Source of the DNA: Candidatus Bathyarchaeia archaeon
GTDB taxonomy: Archaea; Thermoproteota; Bathyarchaeia; Bathyarchaeales; Bathycorpusculaceae
NCBI GenBank assembly: GCA_050012255.1
Contig: JBEKHN010000004.1
Span: 47,951 to 111,950 of the forward strand
Direction: 5' to 3'
Length of the DNA: 64,000 nucleotides
Shown: positions 1-9,081 of the stretch, piece after piece
Layout: each line of letters begins with the position of its first letter
Numbering within the stretch: position 1 is the first letter of the stretch
Notes under the pieces: model-generated
What the model was told of the DNA's origin: nothing
Seen by the model: the letters and a program-made list of their open reading frames with translations, nothing else
Databases searched by the model: none
Translations under genes and position numbers: made by a program

Positions 1-170
1 TCAACGATCAGTAGCTTCTTGCGCAACCTTCTCGGAACGGCCTTTTCGAGATATTCTTGTCTATATTTGTATTTTCTGAAGGGCATCGGAGCCAGACACT
101 TGTAGAGGTACTCATTGTACCCTTTCTTGCCTGTGATGTCGATGATCTTCACGTTAAAGGTCGCCTTCAT
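1..170 (-). CDS. hypothetical protein, N-terminal part only (gene runs off the left edge)
   Basis: ATG at 168-170 (minus) opens a frame that stays open to position 1: 'MKATFNVKIIDITGKKGYNEYLYKCLAPMPFRKYKYRQEYLEKAVPRRLRKKLLIV'. It is absent from the ORF track because it is truncated. No motif could be assigned. Confidence 0.3.
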   Translation of the reverse strand, partial: MKATFNVKIIDITGKKGYNEYLYKCLAPMPFRKYKYRQEYLEKAVPRRLRKKLLIV

Positions 171-270
171 TAGACATCACCTTTTTCAACCCGTTCCGAA
201 ACGCCCTACTTGATGACCTTTCCTACGATGTGTTTATGTTTGTCTCTTAAGGTTACCTAACTCATAGTTC

Positions 271-1353
271 ATGGTGGGCGAAAGCTTGTCAGATAAAAAT
301 GAGTACATCACTATGTTGCACGGTGCCGGCGGAACGGTCATGCACGATTTGATCAGAAATTACGTTGTCAAGTACTTTGGCGGGGCAAGCGGTGCTGAGG
401 TGCCCCTTGAGGCCTTGGACGACGCTGCTGTTGTAGACGACGTAGTTTTCAAGAGTGATTCTCATGCTGTGAAGCCAATATTCTTTCCCGGAGGCGACAT
501 CGGGCGTTTGTCAGTATGTGGCACGGTCAACGACATTGCGATGCTGGGCGGTGAACCGTTTGCGTTGGCTTGTGGTTTCATCTTGGAAGAAGGATTGGCC
601 ATAGCTGATTTTGAAAGAATCTTGGTCAGCATGCGGCAGGCGTGCATGGAGGCTGGAGTGAGCATCGTTACAGGTGACACAAAGGTTGTCGAGAAGGGAA
701 GCTTAGGGGGCTGTGTCATAAGCACTTCGGGGATCGGTCGAAGAACCGCGGCGCTGGACGAAAACCTGAGGGTTGTGAAACAGTTTAGGAATGGTTTCAA
801 ATCCCGCTGGATTCTTGACGAAAACCTTGCTGCTGGCGATAAGATAATCCTGTCAGGAACAATCGGCGACCATGGCTTGGCTGTGTTGTCTGCTCAAGAA
901 GGCTTAAGCTTCGGCAGCGGGATAAGGTCTGATGTTAAGCCCCTGAACCACTTGGTCCAGCGTATGCTCAAGGAGGTGGGCGGAGTGGTGGCGATGAAAG
1001 ACCCGACCAGAGGAGGCTTGGCCGACGCGCTCAACGAATTTAGCGAAAAATCGCATGTCGGCATCCTTGTTGACGAAGAGAAAGTTCCCATCAGGGAAGA
1101 TGTGAAAGCGGCCTGTGAAATGTTGGGGTTGGACCCGTTCGAGGTTGGGAACGAGGGAAAGATGATCATTGGTGCTGTGAAGGAAAAAGCCCTAGAGATC
1201 ATGCATTTGTTGAAGGAAACTGAGGAAGGAAAAGACGCTGAGATAATTGGCAGCGCCGTCGCCGACATAAAAGGCGTGGCAATGCAGACAGCAGTCGGAG
1301 GCAAGAGAATCATACCCCGCCCTGTGGGAGACCCTGTTCCCAGAATATGTTAG
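271..1353 (+). CDS. hypE: hydrogenase maturation protein HypE (carbamoyl dehydratase)
   Basis: 360-aa ORF with an AIR-synthase-like fold signature ('ITMLHGAGG', 'DDAAV', 'GDTKV'). It ends in the diagnostic HypE C-terminal 'PRIC' with the terminal Cys. Confidence 0.9.
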   Translation: MVGESLSDKNEYITMLHGAGGTVMHDLIRNYVVKYFGGASGAEVPLEALDDAAVVDDVVFKSDSHAVKPIFFPGGDIGRLSVCGTVNDIAMLGGEPFALACGFILEEGLAIADFERILVSMRQACMEAGVSIVTGDTKVVEKGSLGGCVISTSGIGRRTAALDENLRVVKQFRNGFKSRWILDENLAAGDKIILSGTIGDHGLAVLSAQEGLSFGSGIRSDVKPLNHLVQRMLKEVGGVVAMKDPTRGGLADALNEFSEKSHVGILVDEEKVPIREDVKAACEMLGLDPFEVGNEGKMIIGAVKEKALEIMHLLKETEEGKDAEIIGSAVADIKGVAMQTAVGGKRIIPRPVGDPVPRIC

Positions 1354-1414
1354 AGTGAAACGTAAGAAAAAGCCGCGTTTTAAAAAATGGGGAAAAGATA
1401 CGTCAATAGCTTGT

Positions 1415-2047
1415 TTAGCGTTGGGTTTGAGTAGGTGCGGGTGCAGTTGGCTGCGCAGGCTGAGTTCGGATCGAGAAGAATGCAACCGCGAGCAGTATCA
1501 TGGCAACCCAGAGGAGTATGAAACCGACTAAGACAATTGTCAAGACAGCCCCTATCAGGATCATTAACCCTGCCGTGCCAAACATGCCGACTCCACTCTT
1601 TTGCGCAAGATTGCTTAGTGATCTTCTCAGGAAAATAGCTGTGACAATCGCGAACACAAATAGCATGACCAAACTCAGCAAGATAGCAGCGATGTAGGTC
1701 GTGACGGCGTCCCACTTGACGCTTGTCCAGTCGAATTTTTGCCACACCATCGGGTCCGTCCAATTGGACGGGTGGATACCTATCTTATCCAAGAATCCAA
1801 CGGCTGCAGTCACAATTGCAACAATGGAGACTATTCCACCCACGATCGCTATGATAATTGCGTAGAGTGCATTGTTGAATATGCTTGAATCACTGTAGTA
1901 GTTTGATAAACCCTTCATGGCTATGAGAACAAGTATGAGGCCGACGAGGGCGAGGATGCCTGTTTAGAATCCTGCGAAGGGTATGGTGCCGATGACAAGC
2001 AGTATTGCTCCAACTCCGCCTAGGCTCTTGTCCGTTTCCAGAGTCAT
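1415..2047 (-). pseudogene. DUF996-like multi-pass membrane protein interrupted by one in-frame TAA
   Basis: The 167-aa ORF (1415-1918) is preceded in the same frame by ATG at 2047 and 27 codons ('MTLETDKSLGGVGAILLVIGTIPFAGF'). A TAA follows at 1964-1966, then 'TGILALVGLILVLIA' runs straight into 'MKGLSNYY...'. Hydrophobic helices continue across the stop. Confidence 0.5.
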
Positions 2048-2119
2048 TCGACATTACCTCACAGAGCGATTTTCTGCCTCTTCAGATAAAAGCCTTTCTT
2101 GAAGAGATTAACGTAACTA

Positions 2120-3199
2120 TCAGTCCTCTGCTCTCGCCCATATCCTGCACGTTCCCTCGACGCTGACCATGCAGGCGCCCACTGGTTTTTGAGGAGTGCA
2201 AGTCTTCATGAACAGTGGACATTCAGTCGGTTTTATCTTTCCGATCACGACTAGGTGGCATCTGCAGCCGTGCTGCATGTCGACGCCCTTCCCTACGCGC
2301 ACGCCATACTTCTGATGCGCGTCATACTTCGAATATTCGTTTTTGAGTGTGTACTTAGAAAGGGGAATTGTACCGAGCCCCCGCCATGCGCCGTCCACTG
2401 TGGAAAAAACTTCGCGCATCACTTCCTGCGCTCTTACGTTCCCTTCCCTGTTCACAGCCCGCAGGTACTCGTTTTCCAGCTTCGGCTTGCCTTCGTCCAA
2501 CTGTTTTAGCACCATGTACACTCCAAACATGAGGTCTAAGGGTTCAAACCCAGCCACTACAACAGGCATAGCATAGTCTTCTGGGAAAATCTCGTAAGGT
2601 TTCAGCCCGATTATCGTGCTGACGTGGCCTGGGGCGATGAAACCGTTCAGGCTCAAGTCTTTCATTTCGACCAGTAGTTTCATGGCCGGCGGGATTGTGC
2701 GGTGAGAAATCAAGAAGCTGATGTTTTTCAGGGGTTTTCCAGCTATTTCGACCGCTGTGGATGGGGACGTGGTCTCAAAACCTACGGCAAAAAACACAAA
2801 CTCCTTGTCATGCTCGTTTCTAGCCATCTGCACTGCGTCGCCGACGCCGTAAACGACTCGGACGTCTGCACCTCTCGCTTTGGCATCCAGAAGCGACATT
2901 TTTGAGCCTGGAACGCGGAGAAGGTCACCGAAGCATGTGATAACGATTCCTTTCAAGGCCAGCTGGACTGCTTCATCGATCTCTGAAGCCGGAACGATGC
3001 AAACCGGACAGCCTGGACCAGCTATGACTTCCACGTTTTTGGGTAGGAGACTCCGCAGTCCGTAGTGCGTAATTGTCCACTCATGCGTACCGCAGACGTG
3101 GCAGATTTTGACTACGCCTTTTTTTGGCGCGATTTCACCTATCTTTTCTGAAACTTGTTTCGCGAGTTCTGGATCCCTGAATCTTGACTTTTCAGCCAT
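2120..3199 (-). CDS. hypD: hydrogenase maturation protein HypD
   Basis: 'MAEKSRFRDPELAKQV...KICHVCGTHEW', 'GPGCPVCIVP' and C-terminal 'GCRCHLV...PVGACMVSVEGTC' are typical HypD motifs. I place the start at the ATG at 3199; the 47 upstream codons of the 406-aa track ORF overlap hypC and look spurious. Confidence 0.9.
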   Translation of the reverse strand: MAEKSRFRDPELAKQVSEKIGEIAPKKGVVKICHVCGTHEWTITHYGLRSLLPKNVEVIAGPGCPVCIVPASEIDEAVQLALKGIVITCFGDLLRVPGSKMSLLDAKARGADVRVVYGVGDAVQMARNEHDKEFVFFAVGFETTSPSTAVEIAGKPLKNISFLISHRTIPPAMKLLVEMKDLSLNGFIAPGHVSTIIGLKPYEIFPEDYAMPVVVAGFEPLDLMFGVYMVLKQLDEGKPKLENEYLRAVNREGNVRAQEVMREVFSTVDGAWRGLGTIPLSKYTLKNEYSKYDAHQKYGVRVGKGVDMQHGCRCHLVVIGKIKPTECPLFMKTCTPQKPVGACMVSVEGTCRIWARAED

Positions 3200-3218
3200 T
3201 GTCTTTCCAACTTGCTGC

Positions 3219-3455
3219 TCATTGTCGCCCAGTCGCGGCTTCGGCTCCAAGAATCTCATTCCACAGGCGCAGTGTCTCCAAAGCCTCTTTCTCATCCAAA
3301 ACCTGAATTGCATAGCCAGCATGCACCAAAACGTAGTCACCTACCTTAGCTTCTACCAGGGTGACGTTTACTTCCCTCAGAACTCCTTCACCAAAGTCAA
3401 CTTCGGCTTTGTCTTCTTTGCGGTTTACAACCCTAGCTGGTATGGCCAAACACAT
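3219..3455 (-). CDS. hypC: hydrogenase assembly chaperone HypC/HupF
   Basis: The canonical N-terminus 'MCLAIPARVV' (essential Cys2) starts at 3455. The product is 78 aa and lies directly upstream of hypD. Confidence 0.85.
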   Translation of the reverse strand: MCLAIPARVVNRKEDKAEVDFGEGVLREVNVTLVEAKVGDYVLVHAGYAIQVLDEKEALETLRLWNEILGAEAATGRQ

Positions 3456-3511
3456 ATCTTGATTCTCAGACTTTTGTTCCAATGGATGTTGGAAGACGCA
3501 GATTGATAAAG

Positions 3512-3700
3512 TTAGTGACATTGGAGAAGGATTTTCAACTTTGAAAGTCTACTCTTTGTGAGGTGAAAATCGTTCCCACAAAGAGAGTCAACGTTACCGA
3601 CGTGATTGCCAATGCGGAAACCTTCCAAGGTGTACGCGAGCCTCTGGTCTAGTTGTTCGCGATATTCGGATCTGCCTATGCGCCATCGGTTATGGTTCAT
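3512..3700 (-). CDS. hypothetical small protein between hypF and hypC
   Basis: 62-aa ORF whose ATG overlaps the hypF stop (ATGA, 3697-3700), suggesting translational coupling. No recognisable motif and no Cys pairs, so it is not HypA. Confidence 0.25.
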   Translation of the reverse strand: MNHNRWRIGRSEYREQLDQRLAYTLEGFRIGNHVGNVDSLCGNDFHLTKSRLSKLKILLQCH

Positions 3701-5976
3701 GGTTGAAAAAAGCCAGATACGGCAGCTTGACCGAAAGACAGGCCCCCGTCGCCAGGAGGAACGATTTCATGCACAAGAAAAAGCAAGTGTGCATCTTCGA
3801 CTTGTTTTCGCATCGCCTTCGTCAGTATCTCGTTGCATGCGACTCCCCCTGAAAAACCGATAGCTCTCACGTCATTCTCGTCTGCCTGTTTTATAGCAAG
3901 CGCGGCCAAGCCTTTCGCTATGTAGGCGTGCGCGGAGTAAGCCAGATCTCGTCTGGAATGTTTTCTTGTGTTTTCGAATATCTCCTCAAGAATTTGCGTC
4001 GTGTTCAACGTGTCACCTTCAATTATCGGGTTCAGGTTTAACACGTCTTTCCCTTTCATTGCAACGGACTCAAGTTTCATGGATGGTTCCCCTTCATAAG
4101 TGCGCTCGTGGCATATGCCGAGAACGGCTGAGACAGCATCTAGCACTCGGCCACAGCTCGTGGTTTCGATTATGCTCTTTCGATTCTTGAGTTGTTGAAG
4201 GATTATTTCTATTTCCTTTTCCCCGTGCGGGAAGTGCTGCTTGCGCTGCAGGAGCCAATCTTCAATATGCACTTTGCCATAGAGTATTCCTGCAGCAACT
4301 CTCAGCGGGTAATAAGTGGCTAAGTCTCCTCCGATTAGTGGTTGTTTTTCAAGGTGGGCTAGACGTTTGAAACTTGGGGCTTCCTTGGTGCACAACAGGA
4401 TCTCGCCTCCCCATGCTTCGCCGTCGGGACCATATCCGTATCCGTCACAGCATACACCCACCATTTCTTCTACGTTGCGTTCAACCATCAAAGCGGCGAC
4501 GTGGGAGTAGTGATGCTGAACCTGAAGCAGCATCCAACCCTTTTCCGCAGCTAATCCGTGAGCAAGCGTAGTCGTCGTGAACTTTGGGTGCAAGTCACAA
4601 GCAACAGTATCGACTTTACTGTTTGTGAGGCAGATCAAATGTTCAGCCGCTGTCTCTAGGAAGTTTCTGGTTTCCACGTTTTCCACATCGCCTATGTGTT
4701 GTGAAATGAAAGCTTTGTTCCCGTTGAGCACGCATGCATTGTTGTTCAGTTCCCCGCCCAACGCCAGCACGCAGCGCTTTGCTTTTTCTTTTAGCATTAA
4801 GGGAGCTGGGGCGAAGCCTCTTGAGCGTCTCATGAAAACAGTGCTTTGACCGTGGGTACGCAGAACTGAATCGTCGCATCTGTGGGCTATCTGTCGGTCG
4901 TGAAATAGGAGATAGTCGACTGTGCTACGTAGACCTTTCAAGGCTTCATCATTGTCTTTGATAATAGGTTGGTCAGGTGGGTTCGCACTTGTCATCACGA
5001 ACGCAGCATCTTTCACATTATCGAAAAGCATGTAGTGAAGGCCCGTGTAGGGCAGCATCACGCCGACGTTGTGCAGTCCAAGAGCAACCAAGTCAGAAAG
5101 ACCGAAATCATTTTTCTTGTTGAGAAGCACTATCGGACGGGAGTACGATGTTAGCAGTTCCTCTTCCTTTATGCTTACTTCGGCAAAGGTTTTAATTGCG
5201 TCTAAGCTTCGAGCCATTATGGCGAAGGGTTTCTGACTTCTATGCTTCACCACTCTAAGCCTAGCCAAGGGTTTGTCTTCGGTTGTCGACGCTGCAACGT
5301 GGAAGCCACCATAACCCTTGATTGCCAAGACGTTGCCCTCAGACAGCAGTTTGCCCGCTTCGCGAACTGGGTCCTTGTGTTCAACGAGTTTACCGTTCCG
5401 TGTTGTCAGGTAAGCTCTCGGTCCGCATTCAGGACACGCTGTGGTTTGGGCGTGGAACCTCTTGTTCAGTGGGTCCTTGTATTCTTTTAGGCAAAAGCCG
5501 CACATAGGAAACTCACGCATCGTTGTGTTCTGTCGGTCATACGGCAGTTTTTCGATTATCGTAAACCTTGGACCGCAGTTGGTGCACGTGATAAAGAAGT
5601 AATCGAATCTTGAGTCTTCGGGGTTTCGAAGCTCTCGCAAGCAGTCGTCACAGATCGCTACGTCAGGCGGTATAACTGAACCCGCAAGCTTAGTTTCGCT
5701 AGAGCTTTTCTTGACTGTAAATCTCAGGTATTTGTCGTTGCCCCTGATTTTCTCAGTTATGATTTCGTGGATTTGGGCGAGAGGTGGCTTCTTCACGTTC
5801 AGATTTGTTAAGAAGTTGTTGATGTCCTGTTCTTTGCCTTCTAGGAGTATTTCTACGCCAGCATCACCTCGGTTCCTAACGTAGCCGGTGAGGCCGTGAT
5901 GAACTGCTGTTCGGTAGATGAAGGGGCGGAAACCCACGCCTTGAACGATACCTGTGACTTTAACCCTCAGCCGCAC
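3697..5976 (-). CDS. hypF: carbamoyltransferase HypF
   Basis: 759 aa with a GTG start. It has an N-terminal acylphosphatase domain ('VTGIVQGVGFRPFIYR') and two CxxC...CxxC zinc-finger pairs ('CDDC...CTNCGPR', 'CGFC...CPECGPR'). A YrdC-like segment and a C-terminal Kae1/HypF-type domain follow. Confidence 0.92.
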   Translation of the reverse strand: MRLRVKVTGIVQGVGFRPFIYRTAVHHGLTGYVRNRGDAGVEILLEGKEQDINNFLTNLNVKKPPLAQIHEIITEKIRGNDKYLRFTVKKSSSETKLAGSVIPPDVAICDDCLRELRNPEDSRFDYFFITCTNCGPRFTIIEKLPYDRQNTTMREFPMCGFCLKEYKDPLNKRFHAQTTACPECGPRAYLTTRNGKLVEHKDPVREAGKLLSEGNVLAIKGYGGFHVAASTTEDKPLARLRVVKHRSQKPFAIMARSLDAIKTFAEVSIKEEELLTSYSRPIVLLNKKNDFGLSDLVALGLHNVGVMLPYTGLHYMLFDNVKDAAFVMTSANPPDQPIIKDNDEALKGLRSTVDYLLFHDRQIAHRCDDSVLRTHGQSTVFMRRSRGFAPAPLMLKEKAKRCVLALGGELNNNACVLNGNKAFISQHIGDVENVETRNFLETAAEHLICLTNSKVDTVACDLHPKFTTTTLAHGLAAEKGWMLLQVQHHYSHVAALMVERNVEEMVGVCCDGYGYGPDGEAWGGEILLCTKEAPSFKRLAHLEKQPLIGGDLATYYPLRVAAGILYGKVHIEDWLLQRKQHFPHGEKEIEIILQQLKNRKSIIETTSCGRVLDAVSAVLGICHERTYEGEPSMKLESVAMKGKDVLNLNPIIEGDTLNTTQILEEIFENTRKHSRRDLAYSAHAYIAKGLAALAIKQADENDVRAIGFSGGVACNEILTKAMRKQVEDAHLLFLVHEIVPPGDGGLSFGQAAVSGFFQP

Positions 5977-6179
5977 TATGGCACATCTCTTCAGTCTATT
6001 GCGAGACTACCGTTCATATACATTTTGACAAGACAACTTCAATAACAAGTTGTGATTACTCCGGGTGAGTTTCCCTTTTTAGGATTATGTTCGTTCATTG
6101 AAAAGCGAAGGCTTAAGAATGAAAAACAGTCAGTGCTTCGTCTTTAAGCAAATAAAAGCAATGGAAATATCCAAGGAGC

Positions 6180-7433
6180 TTGCGTGATTTGAACGGCGGT
6201 TTTGACTACAGGTCTCGGGTTTTTCTGATTTTGTGGACTGTGAACTTTCTGTTCACTTTTTCTACCAATTTGATTCCCACACCAAGGGCCTATTTGACGA
6301 AATTTTTCGTGGGAGGTGTTGAAGGTGCAACCATGGAAGCGTTGGGCATAATGCTTTCGCTTGGATTTGCGGCGACCACTGTGGGATATTTTGTCGGAGG
6401 CTTTGCAGCAGATTCCTTGGGCAAGAGACGGGTTGTAGCAGCGTCCTTCGGGATTCTTGCTACTGGATGCGGAATGTTTGTTATTGCTCCGAACCTGTAC
6501 TTTCTATTCGCGGCGAATTTTGTCGAATTTTTTGCAGCTGGGTTCTCCAGTCCCGCCATTTCGGCCTTGGTTGCTGACTGCAGTGAACAGTCATCCAGAG
6601 GGATGGCGTATGGCGTGTTCAACCTTTCATGGGTGTCGGCTGGAATTGCTGGGCCATTGCTGGCGGGATTCACAGCCCAGTTTGTGACGTTGCAGACGCC
6701 CTTCGTTATTGCGGTGCTCGTCAGCATCACCGGTTTGTTCATAGCCTGGTTTTTGAAGGGAGAGAATGTAGAGAAACTGAGAACTGAAGAAAACAGCGGG
6801 GAGGTTAGAAAAACCAATTCGAAAATGAGCTTGCCTCTCAAACGAGTGATCGTCATCTTCAGCATAACAAATCTTCTGAATGGGTTGCTTAATGGCTTCA
6901 TTAATCCAGTGTTGAATGGCATGCTCCTGTTTAAGCTTGAGGCTGCTCCTGCCGAGTACGGTCTAGTCTTGTCGTTGTCATCCAGCCTTGTCACCGGGCT
7001 TGTCCAACTTCCAGGCGGGAAGCTTGCCGACAAGTTTGGAAGAAAGCCTCTCGTCTTATTTGGTTTTTTGGGTGCGCCTCTGGCCGTGCTCTTGGGTTTC
7101 AGCAGATCGCTTTTAGATTTCTCCTTGATAATGGGGGGAATAAGCGCCGTGGGAAACATTAGCTCGCCTGCGATTTCAGCGTGGCTCATGGATCTGGTTC
7201 CAGAGCATAGACGAGCAAGTGCCTCAGGCATGACTCAGACGCTCAACGGAGTCGGTTTGACTATCGGACCCAGTGCGGGAAGTTACGTTTGGAATTCCAC
7301 CAAGCCTGACGCGATAGTGTCGTGCGGGGTCGCAGCGTTGCTTTTCGTTGCGTCTTTGCCTTTTTATTTGATGCTGGAGGAGCCCAAGAAAAGCTCCTCG
7401 CAGACTGATGGTATATCTCAGACTCCTTCCTAG
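6180..7433 (+). CDS. MFS-type transporter
   Basis: About 12 predicted hydrophobic helices and an MFS-like loop motif 'GGFAADSLGKRR' between TM2 and TM3. The repeat halves are separated by a charged loop ('KGENVEKLRTEENSGEVRK'). The start is uncertain (TTG at 6180). Confidence 0.75.
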   Translation: MRDLNGGFDYRSRVFLILWTVNFLFTFSTNLIPTPRAYLTKFFVGGVEGATMEALGIMLSLGFAATTVGYFVGGFAADSLGKRRVVAASFGILATGCGMFVIAPNLYFLFAANFVEFFAAGFSSPAISALVADCSEQSSRGMAYGVFNLSWVSAGIAGPLLAGFTAQFVTLQTPFVIAVLVSITGLFIAWFLKGENVEKLRTEENSGEVRKTNSKMSLPLKRVIVIFSITNLLNGLLNGFINPVLNGMLLFKLEAAPAEYGLVLSLSSSLVTGLVQLPGGKLADKFGRKPLVLFGFLGAPLAVLLGFSRSLLDFSLIMGGISAVGNISSPAISAWLMDLVPEHRRASASGMTQTLNGVGLTIGPSAGSYVWNSTKPDAIVSCGVAALLFVASLPFYLMLEEPKKSSSQTDGISQTPS

Positions 7434-7474
7434 TTCGCTGGCTCTCACTAGGTGTGTAATCGCTTACTTCATGC

Positions 7475-7482
7475 TTTATAAA
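7475..7482 (+). promoter_or_regulatory. TATA-like box upstream of the radical SAM gene
   Basis: 'TTTATAAA' lies about 50 nt upstream of ATG 7532, and a 'GAAGGAGAG' Shine-Dalgarno-like element lies at about 7515-7523. Confidence 0.3.
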
Positions 7483-7531
7483 CGGCTTGCATGCTTACGT
7501 ACTAGTCGAAATCTGAAGGAGAGACCGCATT

Positions 7532-9058
7532 ATGAACACTCAGAGATCTGAGAAGTTTGAGACTATTTCAACAAGCTTGTGCCCAGAGTGCCTTCAGAGG
7601 ATTCCTATGAGGATTTACGAGGAAAGCGGCGTCATCTACCTCGAGAAGACGTGTCCTGAGCATGGAAAGTTTGAGGATGTTTACTGGGGGGACGCTGAAC
7701 TGTTCAAGTATTTTTACGACAATTGGTACAACGCCCGGTACTGGGGTGGCGGCTTGGAAAACCCACACACCAAGACAGCCAAAGGATGCCCGTTTGACTG
7801 CGGAGTCTGTCCACAGCACAAGACGCCAACGATTTTGGGCATAATAGACGTAACAAACAGGTGTAACATGGCATGCCCGGTCTGTTTTGCCTATGTTGGG
7901 GTGACAAACTATGTCTATGAGCCTTCGTACGACCAGATTGTGGACATGATCAAACTGCTCAGAGCCAACAGCCCTTGGGCGTGTAACGCTCTGCAGTTCA
8001 GCGGCGGGGAGCCAACTTTGAGGAATGATCTGCCCGACTTGATTCGGGAGGCTCAGAAGGCCGGAGTAGATCACGTTGAGGTCAACACAAACGGTATCCG
8101 CATCGCAGAAGACGTTGACTATTTCAAGAAGTTACTCGACGCCGGGTTGAGTACACTGTACCTTCAGTTTGACGGGTTAAGGGAGGACATCTACAAGAAA
8201 ACTCGGGCTAGAGGTGACATGGTTCCGATAAAGCTGAAGGTCTTGGAGAACGCGCGGAAAATCGGATTAGACTCTATTGTTCTGGTCGTTACCTATGCGA
8301 AAGGTGTGAACGACAAGGACATCGGCGAGATCATCGATTTCGCCGTCAAGAACCACGATGTTGTCAGGTGCGTTAACATTCAGCCTGTTTCGATGGCAGG
8401 AAAGGCTAGAAAAGAAGAAATGCGAAAGATGAGGATAACGATTCCTGACACCATTAACGAGATTGAGAAGCAGACGAAAGGTGCAGTAGGTCGTTTTGAT
8501 TGGAGACCGGTGAACTGGCCTGTCCCAATCTCCAAGGGAATGGGCCAAGTGAGAAACAGGCTTTATCCAGAGTTTACGATGCATCCTATGTGCGGAGCGG
8601 CTACATTCTTGGTCGTCGACAAGGACGGCTCTTACAAGCCTATCATGCATTACGTGGATGTCGACAAGTTTGCTGAAGTGTTCTGGGATGCTTACTATTC
8701 TGGAGCCAAGGGCAAGAAGACGATGGCCAAGATGAAAATGCTTAAGCTGCTGCCCATGGCCAGATCTGACTTTGTCAGAGGCTTGATCAGGAATGTTGTG
8801 ACGAAAGGAAGTTACAAGGCACTGGGAGAATTGATGCGGCGCATCGTCATGATCGGAATAATGCATTTTCAAGACGTGTGGAACATTGACCTGGACCGCG
8901 TTCAGAAATGCGGGATCCACTACGCAACTCCCGACGGGAAAATACGATGCTTCTGCACGTACAACAGCATTCACAGACCTGAAGTGGAGAGACAATTTGC
9001 AGTGCCCATCGCTGAATGGACAAAGAAAACAGGAAAGAAAATCAATGAGCCAGTTTAG
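7532..9058 (+). CDS. radical SAM protein, COG1964/MJ0619 family (candidate tetraether lipid synthase Tes/GDGT-MAS type)
   Basis: 508 aa. It has an N-terminal Zn-ribbon ('CPECLQ...CPEHG') and extra Cys pairs ('CPFDCGVCPQH'). The radical SAM motif is 'NRCNMACPVCFA' (CxxxCxxC), followed by 'SGGEPTL'. Confidence 0.8.
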   Translation: MNTQRSEKFETISTSLCPECLQRIPMRIYEESGVIYLEKTCPEHGKFEDVYWGDAELFKYFYDNWYNARYWGGGLENPHTKTAKGCPFDCGVCPQHKTPTILGIIDVTNRCNMACPVCFAYVGVTNYVYEPSYDQIVDMIKLLRANSPWACNALQFSGGEPTLRNDLPDLIREAQKAGVDHVEVNTNGIRIAEDVDYFKKLLDAGLSTLYLQFDGLREDIYKKTRARGDMVPIKLKVLENARKIGLDSIVLVVTYAKGVNDKDIGEIIDFAVKNHDVVRCVNIQPVSMAGKARKEEMRKMRITIPDTINEIEKQTKGAVGRFDWRPVNWPVPISKGMGQVRNRLYPEFTMHPMCGAATFLVVDKDGSYKPIMHYVDVDKFAEVFWDAYYSGAKGKKTMAKMKMLKLLPMARSDFVRGLIRNVVTKGSYKALGELMRRIVMIGIMHFQDVWNIDLDRVQKCGIHYATPDGKIRCFCTYNSIHRPEVERQFAVPIAEWTKKTGKKINEPV

Positions 9059-9081
9059 CAGAGCTGAGCTAGCGCAGGCTT

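Noticed and set aside
3200-3521. Upstream extensions of the hypD (to 3340) and hypC (to 3521) track ORFs
   Set aside because: Canonical N-termini ('MAEKSRFRDP...' and 'MCLAIPARV') lie at internal ATGs. The extensions overlap neighbouring genes.
6033-6053. Inverted repeat ACAACTT-N7-AAGTTGT in the hypF/MFS divergent intergenic region
   Set aside because: The stem is only 7 bp and could be chance. There is no second copy or obvious link to a regulator.
6290-7231. 313-aa minus-strand ORF inside the MFS transporter gene. The same applies to the long antisense ORFs 8267-8995, 18020-18592, 7568-8074, 9115-9663, 15574-15972 and 61338-61898.
   Set aside because: These are antisense shadows of strongly supported genes. 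Their composition is Ser/Pro/Arg-rich with no motifs.
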